Assembly: GCF_001194135.2 (NCBI RefSeq)
Contig: NC_068988.1
Location: forward strand, 34,432,850-34,467,521
Origin: Octopus bimaculoides
Lineage: Eukaryota
Length of the DNA: 34,672 bases
Direction: 5' to 3'
Shown here: one piece after another, positions 1 to 9,867 of the stretch
How positions within the stretch are numbered: position 1 is the stretch's first letter
How the letters are laid out: each line of letters opens with the position of its first letter
Notes under the pieces: model-generated
What the model was told of the DNA's origin: nothing
Database searches by the model: none
What the model saw: the letters and a program-made list of their open reading frames with translations, nothing else
Program-made: the position numbers and the translations under genes

Positions 1-59
<59 letters not shown>

Positions 60-213
60 CATACTTACATATACACTCACACATAATATGTATGCGTACA
101 ATACATACACGCATACATATTAACATGCATAAACATATGACAGACAGACAAACTGATAGACAGGCAGACAAGCCGACAGACAGCTAGACAGAAAGACAGA
201 AAGACAGACAGAC

Positions 214-264
<51 letters not shown>

Positions 265-266
265 GC

Positions 267-327
<61 letters not shown>

Positions 328-330
328 TAT
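1..330. repeat. Microsatellite block: (AT)n, then (ACAG)n and (GATA)n
   Basis: (AT)n at 1-56, ACAG/GACA run about 140-265, GATA run about 268-326, read directly. Confidence 0.97.
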
Positions 331-1450
331 CTTACTAGCGACCTCAAAACTAGAAGCCTGTTACCGGAATAAATTTTGTTATACGCTTAGACACCATTTT
401 CTTAATTACTTTGACACACATTGTATTATATGCACACAATATTGGCAAAACAAATCACAGATGCACCATAATTACTGCTGGATTAAATAACCTTAGGCAG
501 GAATTTACCAATGCAGCTAATAAATGAAATGCAGAAATTGAGAAGAGGCACTAACGTGAAATTTGACGAACTTTTCCTTCTCATTGAAATTAATTACATT
601 ATTGATAATTTATCACAATCCACAATAGTTTCTATAGCGCTACCATTTGTCTTACATCTGAACGAATTGTTCAAATAGTATCTATATATATACGCGCTAA
701 TATTTTTAACTAATGTCTTCATAAATCTAATATAAATTTTCAGTGCTGCTTAAAATTACTTTCAAACTCAGAGTATTTTGATAATTATAAATAAATAACA
801 TTGTAATGACATTCGTGTTACAGAGAGATTAGATCAATGATTGCAATATCGGTAGATGATTGGTAAGAGATTTCCTGTAGAGATAAGCCTGGATAGTGTT
901 TTTGTGACACATTTTTATTAATAAAGTTATTCTAGTAATACATGCTATCTTAAAGATAGCGAGACGTTTTTGTTGTTGTTTGTTTCTTTTCTTTTCGGCG
1001 AACTACTCGTTGTTTAATACGGTAGAGTGTGAATTAAAGGATATTTGGCTTCACTTTCTAGAGACCACATTAAGGTGCTGAAGCAAAGTAAACAGATACA
1101 GAAATTATTGGCAAGTTACTCAGTTACATGGTAAGCTAGAGATCAAAACGCGAAAAAGTTTTAAATTCCTAGCCAACAGTTCAACAATTTGCAACTTGGC
1201 TGAGAGAAATTAAACATGATAGCCATAGAGATTTATGTCAATGTGTGCTGTTGAAATACTGACAAAAATGATTTAACAAAGCTTCTGTTAAACACAAAAG
1301 ATATTTTTGCAATGTACTCAAATTCACACGAAACTATTAAAACAGTTTTACAGCAACTCAATAACACAATTTTCATCTGCTATTAGTGGTATTTGTAACT
1401 TGTCTTGCAAGTATTCGTAGTGTCGGTTATTTAGGAGTACTTACTAAGAA

Positions 1451-1573
1451 TAGAAGTCCTTCATTTCTATACCATCAACAGCACAGAACAAAATGAACGC
1501 TACATATAAATTATAGAAATCCTTCATTTCTATATCATCAACAGCACAGAACAAAATGAACGCTACATATAAA
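1451..1573. repeat. 63-bp tandem duplication (2 copies)
   Basis: tagaagtccttcatttctataccatcaacagcacagaacaaaatgaacgctacatataaa starts at 1451 and a near-identical copy starts at 1514. Confidence 0.95.
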
Positions 1574-1689
1574 ATATGTTATTGCTTCATCCTTACGAAG
1601 AGAACAAATTGAAAACACGAGTAATCAGTTTTACTTTGATTCAAGAGCGACTTTGAGCTAATATTTTTTTCTTTCTACAACGAGCGCAA

Positions 1690-1825
1690 AGCTTGAAACT
1701 TTTGCATGGAATGAAGAGCTATAGTCGATTGCATCGAACCCAAATTTGAACACAGAACTTAAAGCTGGAATCAATGCCGCTAAAGATTTTGTCCGGCATG
1801 CTAACGATTCCGCCAGCTCACGGCC
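1690..1825 (-). mobile_element. SINE family A, internally deleted copy
   Basis: Reverse-strand head (ggcatgctaacgattccgccagctcacggcc), B-box remnant (aatttgaacacagaac) and tagtcgattgcatcgaaccc; the central part is missing. Confidence 0.7.
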
Positions 1826-1847
1826 TTTCCCGTTAATTAATATTTTG

Positions 1848-2052
1848 TTGGTTTCATATTTTGGCACAAGGCCAGCAATTTAATGGGTGGCGGTAAGTCG
1901 ATTACATCGGTCCCAGTGTTCAACTGGTACTTATTTTATTGAACCTGACAGGGTGAAAGACATAGTCGGCCCGAACGAAATTTGAACTCAGAACGTAAAT
2001 TCTGCCAAATATTTTGTCCAGCATGCTAACGACTCTGCTAGCTCGCTGCCTT
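1848..2052 (-). mobile_element. tRNA-headed SINE family A, full length
   Basis: Reverse complement of the family consensus seen at 4436 and 18813, from the tail ttggtttcatattttggcacaaggccagc to the head ctaacgactctgctagctcgctgcc. Confidence 0.9.
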
Positions 2053-2072
2053 TCCCGTTAACTTATATATAT

Positions 2073-2271
2073 TTGTTTCGAATACTAGCACAAGGCTGGC
2101 AATTGACGAGGAGGTAGTGAATCGATAACAACGATCCCAGCATTGAACTGGTATTTATTTTATCAACCCTGACAGGATGAAAGGTAAAATCGATCTCTGC
2201 GGAATTTGAACTCAGAATATAAAACCGGTAGAAATACAACAAAGTATTTCATCCAATACTAATGGTTCTCC
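2073..2271 (-). mobile_element. SINE family A, diverged copy
   Basis: gcacaaggctggcaatt...aactggtatttattttatc...ggatgaaaggtaaaatcgatc...gcggaatttgaactcagaa align to family A. Confidence 0.85.
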
Positions 2272-2449
2272 TTTGCAGTCAACTGAAATAGCTAGCAAAA
2301 AGTATTTAAATGTGTGTATTACATATGAAAATGAACGACAAAATAAATTTGTATCTCCTTTGCTTAGGGCTAATTTCAATTACAAAAATTACTATTAATG
2401 AGTTGCATTAAATTGTGAAACCATTATTAGTTGGTGTTGGAATTGATAA

Positions 2450-2660
2450 CAATTTAAAATTTTGGCACAAGTTCAGCAAATTCGGGGGTGATGAGTAAGT
2501 CGAATACATCAACCCCAGTGCTCAAATGGTACTTATTTTATCAAACCCGAAAGGATCAAATGCAAAGTCGACTTTGTGGTATATGAACCCAGAACGAAAA
2601 GACGGACGAAATGCCGCTAAGTATTTTACCCGGTGTGCTAATCATTCTACCAGCTGCCCA
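2450..2660 (-). mobile_element. SINE family A
   Basis: aaaattttggcacaag...tggtacttattttatc...gacggacgaaatgccgctaagtattttacccggtgtgctaatcattctaccagct. Confidence 0.9.
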
Positions 2661-2791
2661 TCTGAATGTGTATTAGCCTGTATTATATACATACAGACAC
2701 ACTTAACCTTCTAGATGTATCTATCACGAGACCAGGAGAGGTTACTATACCTCTCGAATTTTTCATTGGTTCAGCTTGTAATAATAATAAT

Positions 2792-3585
2792 AGCACTATA
2801 CTGGGAATGCAAGACAAAGCTCTGGCCACGAACCTGAGGGTCAATCTAAAGAATGAGCAAGTGTCTCCGTTGTGTCGCATCTGCAATAGAGTGGATAAAG
2901 CTATTGCCCATATCACGAACGAATGCCCTAGTCTTGCCCAAAGCCACTGCAAGTTGTGTCGACACGACCAGTTATTGAAAGTGCTCCACTGGAAACTGTG
3001 CGGAAAGTGGGGGTTAGAGAAAGGCAAGACGTGGTATGAGCACAAACCGCAGATAGTGGCAGAGTTGGAGACTAGCAAAATCTCCTGAGATTTCCCAATC
3101 CAAACAGATCAGGTACTAGAGCATAACAGACCGGACGTAGTGGTGACGGACAAGGTGCACCACATATGCTATATAGTTGCTGTATATGCTATATATGCAC
3201 CACATATGCTGTATAGTTGACGTTGCGTATCCCTTCGACCCACGAATAGTCAAGAAGGAAGGCAAAAAAAATAGATAAGCAGATACGACCCTCCTAAGTA
3301 CGAAATAGCTCGGCTATGAAAAATGAAGGTGAAGATAGTGCCAATTATTGTCGGGTCCCTGGGAAGTGTATAAGAAGGCATCAAGAAGGATATAAAGGGA
3401 ACTAGAATAGAGTGTCCAGAAGAACTGTTACAAAAGGTTTGCCTCCTTGGTACGGCAAGTATAATCAGGAAAGTATTAGAGAGTTGAAAAGAACGAATAG
3501 CATGGTACCGTAGACTGCAGGTAGTCAGCCCGCTACACATGCAAGACTCCAGGAGCTCCAACAAAACCTGTGATAAAGAGAAAAT
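2792..3585 (+). mobile_element. 5'-truncated, degenerate R4/Dong-clade non-LTR retrotransposon (CCHC knuckle, restriction-like endonuclease, 3' UTR)
   Basis: Translation across stops and frameshifts gives STILGMQDKALATN...CRIC...AHITNEC..LAQ...RHD...LHWKLC.KWG...WYEHKP...KIS*DFPIQTD..LEHNRPDVVVTDK...IVDVAYPFD..I..KE.KKIDK/RY...YEIARL*...IVPIIVGSLG...LLQKVCLLGTASIIRKVLES* (stop 3485-3487). This is the recognisable C-terminus of RLE-encoding R4/Dong elements. Confidence 0.88.
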
Positions 3586-3597
3586 AATATTGATAGT

Positions 3598-3752
3598 ATT
3601 GATTTCAAATTTTGGTACAAGGCCAGCGAGTTGGGGGAAGTGGGTAAGTCGATTAAATCAACTGGTACTTATTTTATCGACCCCGAAAAGATGATTGGCA
3701 AAGTTGACCTCGGCGGAATTTGAACTCAGAACGCGCAGACGGACGAAATGCC
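3598..3752 (-). mobile_element. SINE family A, head-truncated
   Basis: gatttcaaattttggtacaaggccagc...gacctcggcggaatttgaactcagaac...gacggacgaaatgccg. Confidence 0.88.
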
Positions 3753-4214
3753 GAATAATGATAATAATGTATTGGTGCGTGATTTTGGGGCCTATCCTGT
3801 ATATTTGTGTCTAAGTGTATGTATGTATGTGTGTATGTATGTAGACTTATATTAATTTGTGTGTATGTGTATATGTGTGTCAGTGTCTGAGAGTGTGTTT
3901 GCGTGTGTATTTGTGTGCGTATCTAATTTTGAGCTCTGTGCTTGGAATCTGCTCTTTAGATTTTCATTTAAATATTGTTTCATACCATTTACATGGTTCA
4001 TGTAGTCGGAGGAGATTGGTGATTAAGATCAAAACTAAATCTACAAATATAATTCTATTTATATATACTGAGAGCTGGTCTTTACACTCTTCTATTATAA
4101 TGATATTCCCCCGAACTAATGTTATTCACACTTTGATGTTTTTCAATCATGTCTGTCTACTGTAGGTAGTAATGTACTTCTGTTTGTATTATAAGATTAT
4201 ATTACCGGCCCAAT

Positions 4215-4419
4215 ATCACAATGGAGACTCTGAATGATGTCTAAGCCTGCTAAAAATAGCAGCCAAATTTCCTTTATGTTACATCATGCTTTTCAAAAAA
4301 GAAAAGACAGATTAGATAATGTAATTCCAGAAACACTTGATAGTCTCTCATGAAATAACTTTGATAATATTTTCAGCTCAACCAGGATTAATCTGGGATT
4401 ACACAACAATCGCAACAAT
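4215..4419 (+). mobile_element. Dispersed repeat family B (probable SINE or LINE 3' end, CAA tail)
   Basis: Motifs gcctgctaaaaatagcagccaaat...attagataatgta...aaccaggattaatctgggattacacaacaa recur at 4690, 5010, 5570, 12505, 26120 and 33095. Confidence 0.65.
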
Positions 4420-4435
4420 ATTATCCTGACAGACA

Positions 4436-4645
4436 AGACGGCGAGCTGGCAGAATCGTTAGCACGTCGGGCAAACTGCTTTGCGACATTGCGTATGTCTC
4501 TACGTTCTGAGTTCAAATTCTGCCGAGGTCGACTTTGCCTTTCATCCTTTCGAGGTCGATAAAATAAGTACCAGTTGAGCTCTTGGGGTGATGTAATTGA
4601 CTTACCCCTCCTCCTAAATTGCTGGTTTCAAAATTTGAAACCAAC
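4436..4645 (+). mobile_element. SINE family A, full length, with 16-bp TSD
   Basis: A-box-like tggcagaatcgttag and B-box gagttcaaattc; exact direct repeat attatcctgacagaca at 4420-4435 and 4646-4661. Confidence 0.95.
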
Positions 4646-4689
4646 ATTATCCTGACAGACAGATTTTCTGTTAATTTTTCTGGTATTAT

Positions 4690-4976
4690 TCTTGGTTGGC
4701 TAGAAGTTACAGCCAAATTCGCCTTAAGTTACAATCTATTTCTTGAAAACCAAGGACATATTGCATAACAATATTTCCTTGATTACCTTTTTTACAAAAG
4801 GAATGACACATTATATAATCTATTCCTAGAACGGCTTTCATATTTTCTTGCCAACCAGGGTTGATCTAGAGTTAAACAACTACATCAACAACATCAACAA
4901 CAGCAGCAGCAACAACAACAACAGCAGCAGCAACAACAACAACGGCACCACCAACAACAACATCAACAACAACAGT
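4690..4976 (+). mobile_element. Family B copy with expanded (AAC/AGC)n tail
   Basis: gctagaagttacagccaaatt...caaccagggttgatctagagttaaacaac followed by the triplet run at about 4875-4976. Confidence 0.6.
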
Positions 4977-5009
4977 AAATACATTATTTTGACACTTTTA
5001 ACATTAATC

Positions 5010-5240
5010 TTGGGTGACTCATGTCTCTCAGCCTGCTAAAAATGACAGCCAGATTTCCATTAATTTATATACTGTCTCTCAAAAAGGAAGAATATATTAC
5101 ATAATGTTGTCCTTGATTACTTGTTTAGAAGAGGAGTGATAACGAAGCCCCAGATACACGTGATGGTCTCTTCTGGAGCAATCGTGATTATGTCTCGCCA
5201 AACATAGCTGACCTGAGATTAAATAACAACAATAATATTA
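5010..5240 (+). mobile_element. Family B copy
   Basis: cagcctgctaaaaatgacagccagat...cataatgttgtcct...gatggtc...agctgacctgagattaaataacaacaa. Confidence 0.62.
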
Positions 5241-5316
5241 TTGACACCTAATCCGTCTTGCATTTAACTTGGCCGCTGTACTGTTGCTCAAACTGCTAAT
5301 AATAACAAACAAACCC

Positions 5317-5530
5317 AAGGCGGCGAACTGACAGAGTCGTAAGCCCGTCGGGTAAAATTCTTGGTGACAGTTCGTCCGTTTTTATGTTCTGAGTTCAAAT
5401 TCCGTCGAAGTCGACTTTGCCTTTCATCCTTTCGGAATCGATAAAATAAGTAAAAGTCGCGTACTGGGGTCGATGTAGTCGATTTACTCCCTCCCCGGAA
5501 ATTGCTGGCCTTGTACCAAAATTTGAAACC
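5317..5530 (+). mobile_element. SINE family A, full length, with 14-bp TSD (1 mismatch)
   Basis: ggcggcgaactgacagagtcgtaagc...gagttcaaattcc...ccttgtaccaaaatttgaaacc; flanked by aataacaaacaaac (5301-5314) and aataacaaccaaac (5531-5544). Confidence 0.93.
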
Positions 5531-5569
5531 AATAACAACCAAACATCCTTTGATTTATATTTTAATTCT

Positions 5570-5960
5570 TGAAAAAGAATGGCGTTGCATAATGTAGTCC
5601 TTGACAGGATGTCACCTGCCCGAACGCTTTTGATATGAAACATTGACCAAGGTTAATTAATCATATTACCAACATGCTTTGTAATCATCTTTCAGGTATG
5701 AGTCTTGGTCTCTCAATTAACAAAAATTAGCGACTAAATCTACCGTATGCTATATTTTACCTTCTTAAAAAGGGGATGACACATTAGATAATGTTATCGT
5801 AAATACACAGTATCAAAAAATCAAAAAATGGGATGGCCAATGCTGGAATGTCACTGACAATATGTCTGCCCAATCAAGGCTGTTGTGGGATTAAGCGACA
5901 AAATCACTACAGTAACAACAGCAGCAACAATAGCAACGACAACAAAAACAGTAGCAACAC
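5570..5960 (+). mobile_element. Two partial family B copies with triplet tail
   Basis: gcataatgtagtccttgacaggatg..., then gacacattagataatgt...gggatggccaatgctggaatg...caatcaaggctg, then an AAC/AGC-rich run. Confidence 0.55.
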
Positions 5961-6426
5961 CGACTACGACGAAGATACCAGCAATTATATTAGCAGCTCG
6001 CAGTGTGGGTAAGTAAGTCTTCGTGAAATACGTTATCGAAATATAGCCAAAATCTAGCAATCTTTGATATAGTCTGGTTGAATAAACCGTCGGGCGAAAT
6101 TTCAAGTCCCAGTCGATATGTATCTTGTGCTCACTTCTGTTCAGCCTTTTGTAATAAGTCTCTCAATCAGTAAAATGTTCTATTGTTTTAAGATAATAAC
6201 CTTTAAAATAATAATCATAATCTAATGTTTAGCATTCTCATCTAGCTGGTGTTATATAAAGCAAACTATCAGTTTTTTCCCTTTCAAATAATACCTAAAT
6301 CCGTACAAGTATCATTCACTAATGTACGGATGTAGAATTAGCAGAATATTTTAAATATTTCCACCATTTCGTTGCGTGGGTTGTCTCACTTTCATGCATG
6401 TGTTTTTTTATTATTGTTTTTACACA

Positions 6427-6512
6427 CCATCCCAAATTATTATTACTGTTATTATTGTTGTTGTTGTTGTTGTTCTTCTTCTTCTTCTGATTATTATTAT
6501 TATTATTATTAT
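6427..6512. repeat. Compound trinucleotide microsatellite (TTA/TTG/TTC)
   Basis: Direct reading of the sequence. Confidence 0.95.
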
Positions 6513-7464
6513 TACATGCCAACATTTCTTTCGTTGAAAAAATCTTGATTCTATAATTTTATTGTTTAACCTTCAGAATAGTCTCTAATTCTTCTTTTCT
6601 GATCCAAGGTTTTGTTTTTGTTTGTTTTGTTTTTAAATTCTGTTTGAATGTGGTTTCTTTTTTCTTCTTTCTTTCTCTTTTTCTTTCGAACTCTGCATTC
6701 TTTGAGCTTTTGCTCCTACTTATTGCATTAACACTTGTATATTTGTCTCTTTTGTATTGTTTATTTTTGAGTGGGAGCAGATTAAACAAAGTAGGTTACT
6801 TCCCTTTATTTTACAATTTTATTTTTACCTTATATAGAACTATATTTTTTTCTCGTTGGTACTTTTATTATGTATTTATTCTATCAATACTTTTATCATT
6901 TCTTCGCGTGTTAAATATCTTTTGATGTTATTTTTATTATTCTTCTCCATAATTCCTCCTCACATGATGGTACAGTTATTAGTGTTTGTTTTCGTTTTTG
7001 TTTACGTTGACTGATTTATATATATTTTTTTTTTATTGATCTCAATACCAGATTATTTCGCTATAATTTCGGGTGATGTGTAAATTAGGTGATTTATAGA
7101 GATTTCTATTTATTTCATTTACTTGCTGCTTCATAATTATTGTTTCTAGTACATCGTTAGCTTGTGTAAATAATGCATGACTGCAGAAAGAGTGGGAGTG
7201 GAAAGACGAAGAATACAATGGGAAGGTATTAAGGGTGCCTGCTGCATGAAGAACGAGTAGTAAAGTGTGAGCTAACATTGTCTTGTTTAACTAATATTTT
7301 GCTTCTTTATACTGTGACTTGAATGAATTTGAAAATTTCCTGTCTCGTAAATTGTGTTCATTTATCCATGTACCCACCGCCAGTTATACGGATGATAATT
7401 TAGAGGCTGAGTGCTACTTAGTTCACAATTTCATGTTGTAAAATTAGATTAAAAATTCCTTCCA

Positions 7465-7600
7465 ATGCTGGCACAAGGTCAGCAATTTTGAGGAGTGGAG
7501 AAAATCGATAACATCGACCCCAGCACTTTAACAGTGCTATATTTTATATTCTAAAGGGATGAAAAGCAAAGTTGACCTCGGTGCGATTTAAACTCAGAAT
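7465..7600 (-). mobile_element. SINE family A, degenerate
   Basis: ggcacaaggtcagcaatt...catcgaccccagcac...ggatgaaaagcaaagttgacctcgg...tttaaactcagaa. Confidence 0.8.
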
Positions 7601-8099
7601 AAATACTGCTGCTCTAACGAGGAATAAATATGAGATAACATATTGCAGTTTTATAATAACTTATATGTTTTAATTTCTTTTAACACGAAGCGAATGAAGC
7701 GGCGTTGAAATATATAAGTATGTATAATTCGTGTACACTTGGAAGTGGAAGGGTTTTTGCCGTAGGAATTATCTCCAGAAAGAAATTCTCTTTATAAATG
7801 ATGTGCGGGAAAACACATTACTGAGCTATGAATGACGTAATCGGACCCTATGAGGCATGCATTTCTCCATCGATGCGCGTCATCAGCTTCAGTCATCAAA
7901 TTCGTCGTTCATAGCCCACTTAGATAATTCAGAGTTTATTGCTGTTGTTACTAGTGGTGTTGTCGCTTTTGCTGCTGTTGTAATTAATGCCGTTGGTGTT
8001 GTTGATATTATTACCGCTGTTTTTATCGTGGTTGATGTTATTGTTGTTGTACTTATGATCATTATCATCTCTCTCTCTTTCTCTCTCTCTCTCCCACAT

Positions 8100-8290
8100 A
8101 AGGTGGATTGGCAGAACCGTTAAGCCTCGGATGTAATGTCTTGCGGCATTCTTTCGTCCTCTTATGTTCTGAGTTTAAATCTTGCAGAAGTGAACTTTGC
8201 TTGGTCAATAAAATAAGGTAGCAGTCAAGTACTACGGTTGATGTAATACACTATTCTACACCTTTATCGTCCTAAATATGAAACACAAAG
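8100..8290 (+). mobile_element. SINE family A, degenerate
   Basis: attggcagaaccgttaagc...tatgttctgagtttaaatc...aactttgc...ataaaataag...gatgtaat. Confidence 0.72.
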
Positions 8291-8439
8291 TATCCTTTTA
8301 TTCTTTAAATATGGCTGGCTATGGTATGTATGGTAATTGGGAGATATTTCTAGCAAGTCGAGAAACAGTATCTTAGAATATTTGGGAAGTTTGGTGTAAT
8401 GTAGGAAGAGTGTTTTATTGTATAGTACAGTATAAATTT

Positions 8440-8708
8440 AATTGCAGCGTGGAAGGTGTTTGTGAGCCATTTGAGAACACATAAAAGCTGTTAGTTTCAC
8501 TTCAACATTAAATTTAATTTGTGCCAAAGTATTTTCGTCGCTTCGAAACCGCGACCTGTTCACTGACAAAGCTTCGTGATGCAGCACAAAAATTTGTCAG
8601 TGAACAGACGAAAATATTTTGGCACAAATTAAATTTAAATGTTGAAGTGAAACTAACGGTTTTTGTGTGTTTCTTAAATGGCTTACAAACATCTTCCATG
8701 CTGCAATT
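8440..8708. mobile_element. 269-bp palindromic element (centre tgca, 8580-8583) with hammerhead-like motifs
   Basis: The left arm aattgcagcgtggaaggtgtttg...ctgttcactgacaaa is the reverse complement of the right arm tttgtcagtgaacag...catcttccatgctgcaatt, apart from scattered substitutions and a 17-nt deletion in the right arm. Confidence 0.9.
8522..8568 (-). ncRNA. Candidate minimal type-I hammerhead ribozyme with G3/C8 core
   Basis: Minus-strand RNA: UGUCA GUGAACA G GUCGC-(9 nt)-GCGAC GAAA AUAC UU UGGCA. Helix I UGUCA/UGGCA pairs fully (one G-U), helix II is 5 bp, and a single A-U pair is closed by a tetranucleotide. Confidence 0.55.
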
Positions 8709-9218
8709 GTTTTTGTTTCAGCACACTATCTCAGATCAAGTCACTTGCTAGGCAAGTACATCTCCGTAAAGTATAAATATAGTATAGCGTTAAATTAAAC
8801 AACTACGTTTATTCTTTTTTTATTGCTATCCTGTTGTGTTTAAAATTATAACAATATTTTCCAGCATCTTATGGAAATTATTACAGTTATTTCATTTGTT
8901 TGTTGTTCTTAGACTTTGGTTACTTCCTTGATGAAAGTTTCTGTTTACTTAGTTAAATAAAGTTATTCTTTTCACTGTATTACATTTCTGAGTCTCTACC
9001 GTATGTTTCTAGTATGCAAAACAGTCTTCTGAGGTATTCCATTCCACTGCCATCTGTGTCAATACATTCGTTCTATACATATATGTAAGTTAAGCAGGCT
9101 GAAACTTCGAAGCATCTGTCACACCATTCACAACGTTCTTGTAAAATAATAAGGAATATGCATTTTTTTTTACACTATTTATACTTGACGGATATTTGTC
9201 CTCATCTTGTTTGCTGTT

Positions 9219-9264
9219 AACACAATGTTTCGGATGATATACCCTCCAACCTTCATAAGGTCTC
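9219..9264 (-). ncRNA. Degenerate minimal hammerhead ribozyme motif (left arm)
   Basis: GAGAC CUUAUGA A GGUUG-(10 nt)-CAUCC GAAA CA UU GUGUU; G5 and G16.2 are mutated. Confidence 0.5.
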
Positions 9265-9311
9265 TTGGGGAAATTTCGAACCTGGTTTCTCATTCCTAAG
9301 GTATTTTTCGA

Positions 9312-9349
<38 letters not shown>

Positions 9350-9383
9350 TCACTGCCTGGAATCGAAGTCGGANNNNNNNNNN

Positions 9384-9417
<34 letters not shown>

Positions 9418-9481
9418 TAATAATAATAATAATATCGAAAAATACCTTAGGAATGAGAACTCAGGTTCGAAATTTCCCCAA

Positions 9482-9527
9482 GACACTTGATGAAAGCTGG
9501 AGGATATAGCAGCCGAAACGTTGTGTT
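9482..9527 (+). ncRNA. Degenerate minimal hammerhead ribozyme motif (right arm)
   Basis: GACAC UUGAUGA A AGCUG-(10 nt)-CAGCC GAAA CG UU GUGUU. Helix I GACAC/GUGUU, palindromic ACGU helix III; C3U and the first helix II pair is broken. Confidence 0.6.
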
Positions 9528-9826
9528 AACACAAACAAGATGAGGACAAATATCCCTCAAATGTAAATAATGTAAATAATGTACGTACTTCCTCATCTCT
9601 TAAATATAGAACTGTAATAAGGAATATGTACTCCACAAAGATTTGAAGTAATCCATCATTTGAATGTAAAATCGCTGCACAAAAAAACATTAATATATGT
9701 GCATGTGTGAGTGTATTAGAGGCCGTGAATTTGAGCTTGAGATCATACTACTTTGATGAGTCTACTCTGCCACACGGACTCGGCATGACTTCACAGAAGG
9801 ATGCAGTTTTATACTTATACTCATGA

Positions 9827-9867
<41 letters not shown>

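Larger units (their letters stand above)
9161..9614. mobile_element. Head-to-head inverted element with Penelope-like termini and 14-bp TSD
   Basis: Arms about 9169-9345 and 9384-9576 are diverged reverse complements of each other. The whole unit is flanked by the direct repeat taataaggaatatg (9147-9160 and 9615-9628). A 10-N gap lies at the centre. Confidence 0.85.

Noticed and set aside
4436-4520. tRNA genes at A/B-box-containing heads
   Set aside because: They are SINE heads attached to SINE bodies and TSDs, with no complete cloverleaf.
7860-7895. Minus-strand CTGATGA...GAAA TGCA TG, plus a 13-bp stem between about 7825 and 7915
   Set aside because: No helix I, helix II does not close, and position 17 is G; likely a chance match.
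9346-9400. The 9.2-9.6 kb inversion as a mis-scaffolding artefact at the 10-N gap
   Set aside because: The arms differ at many positions and the unit is enclosed by a 14-bp direct repeat, which a mis-join would not produce.
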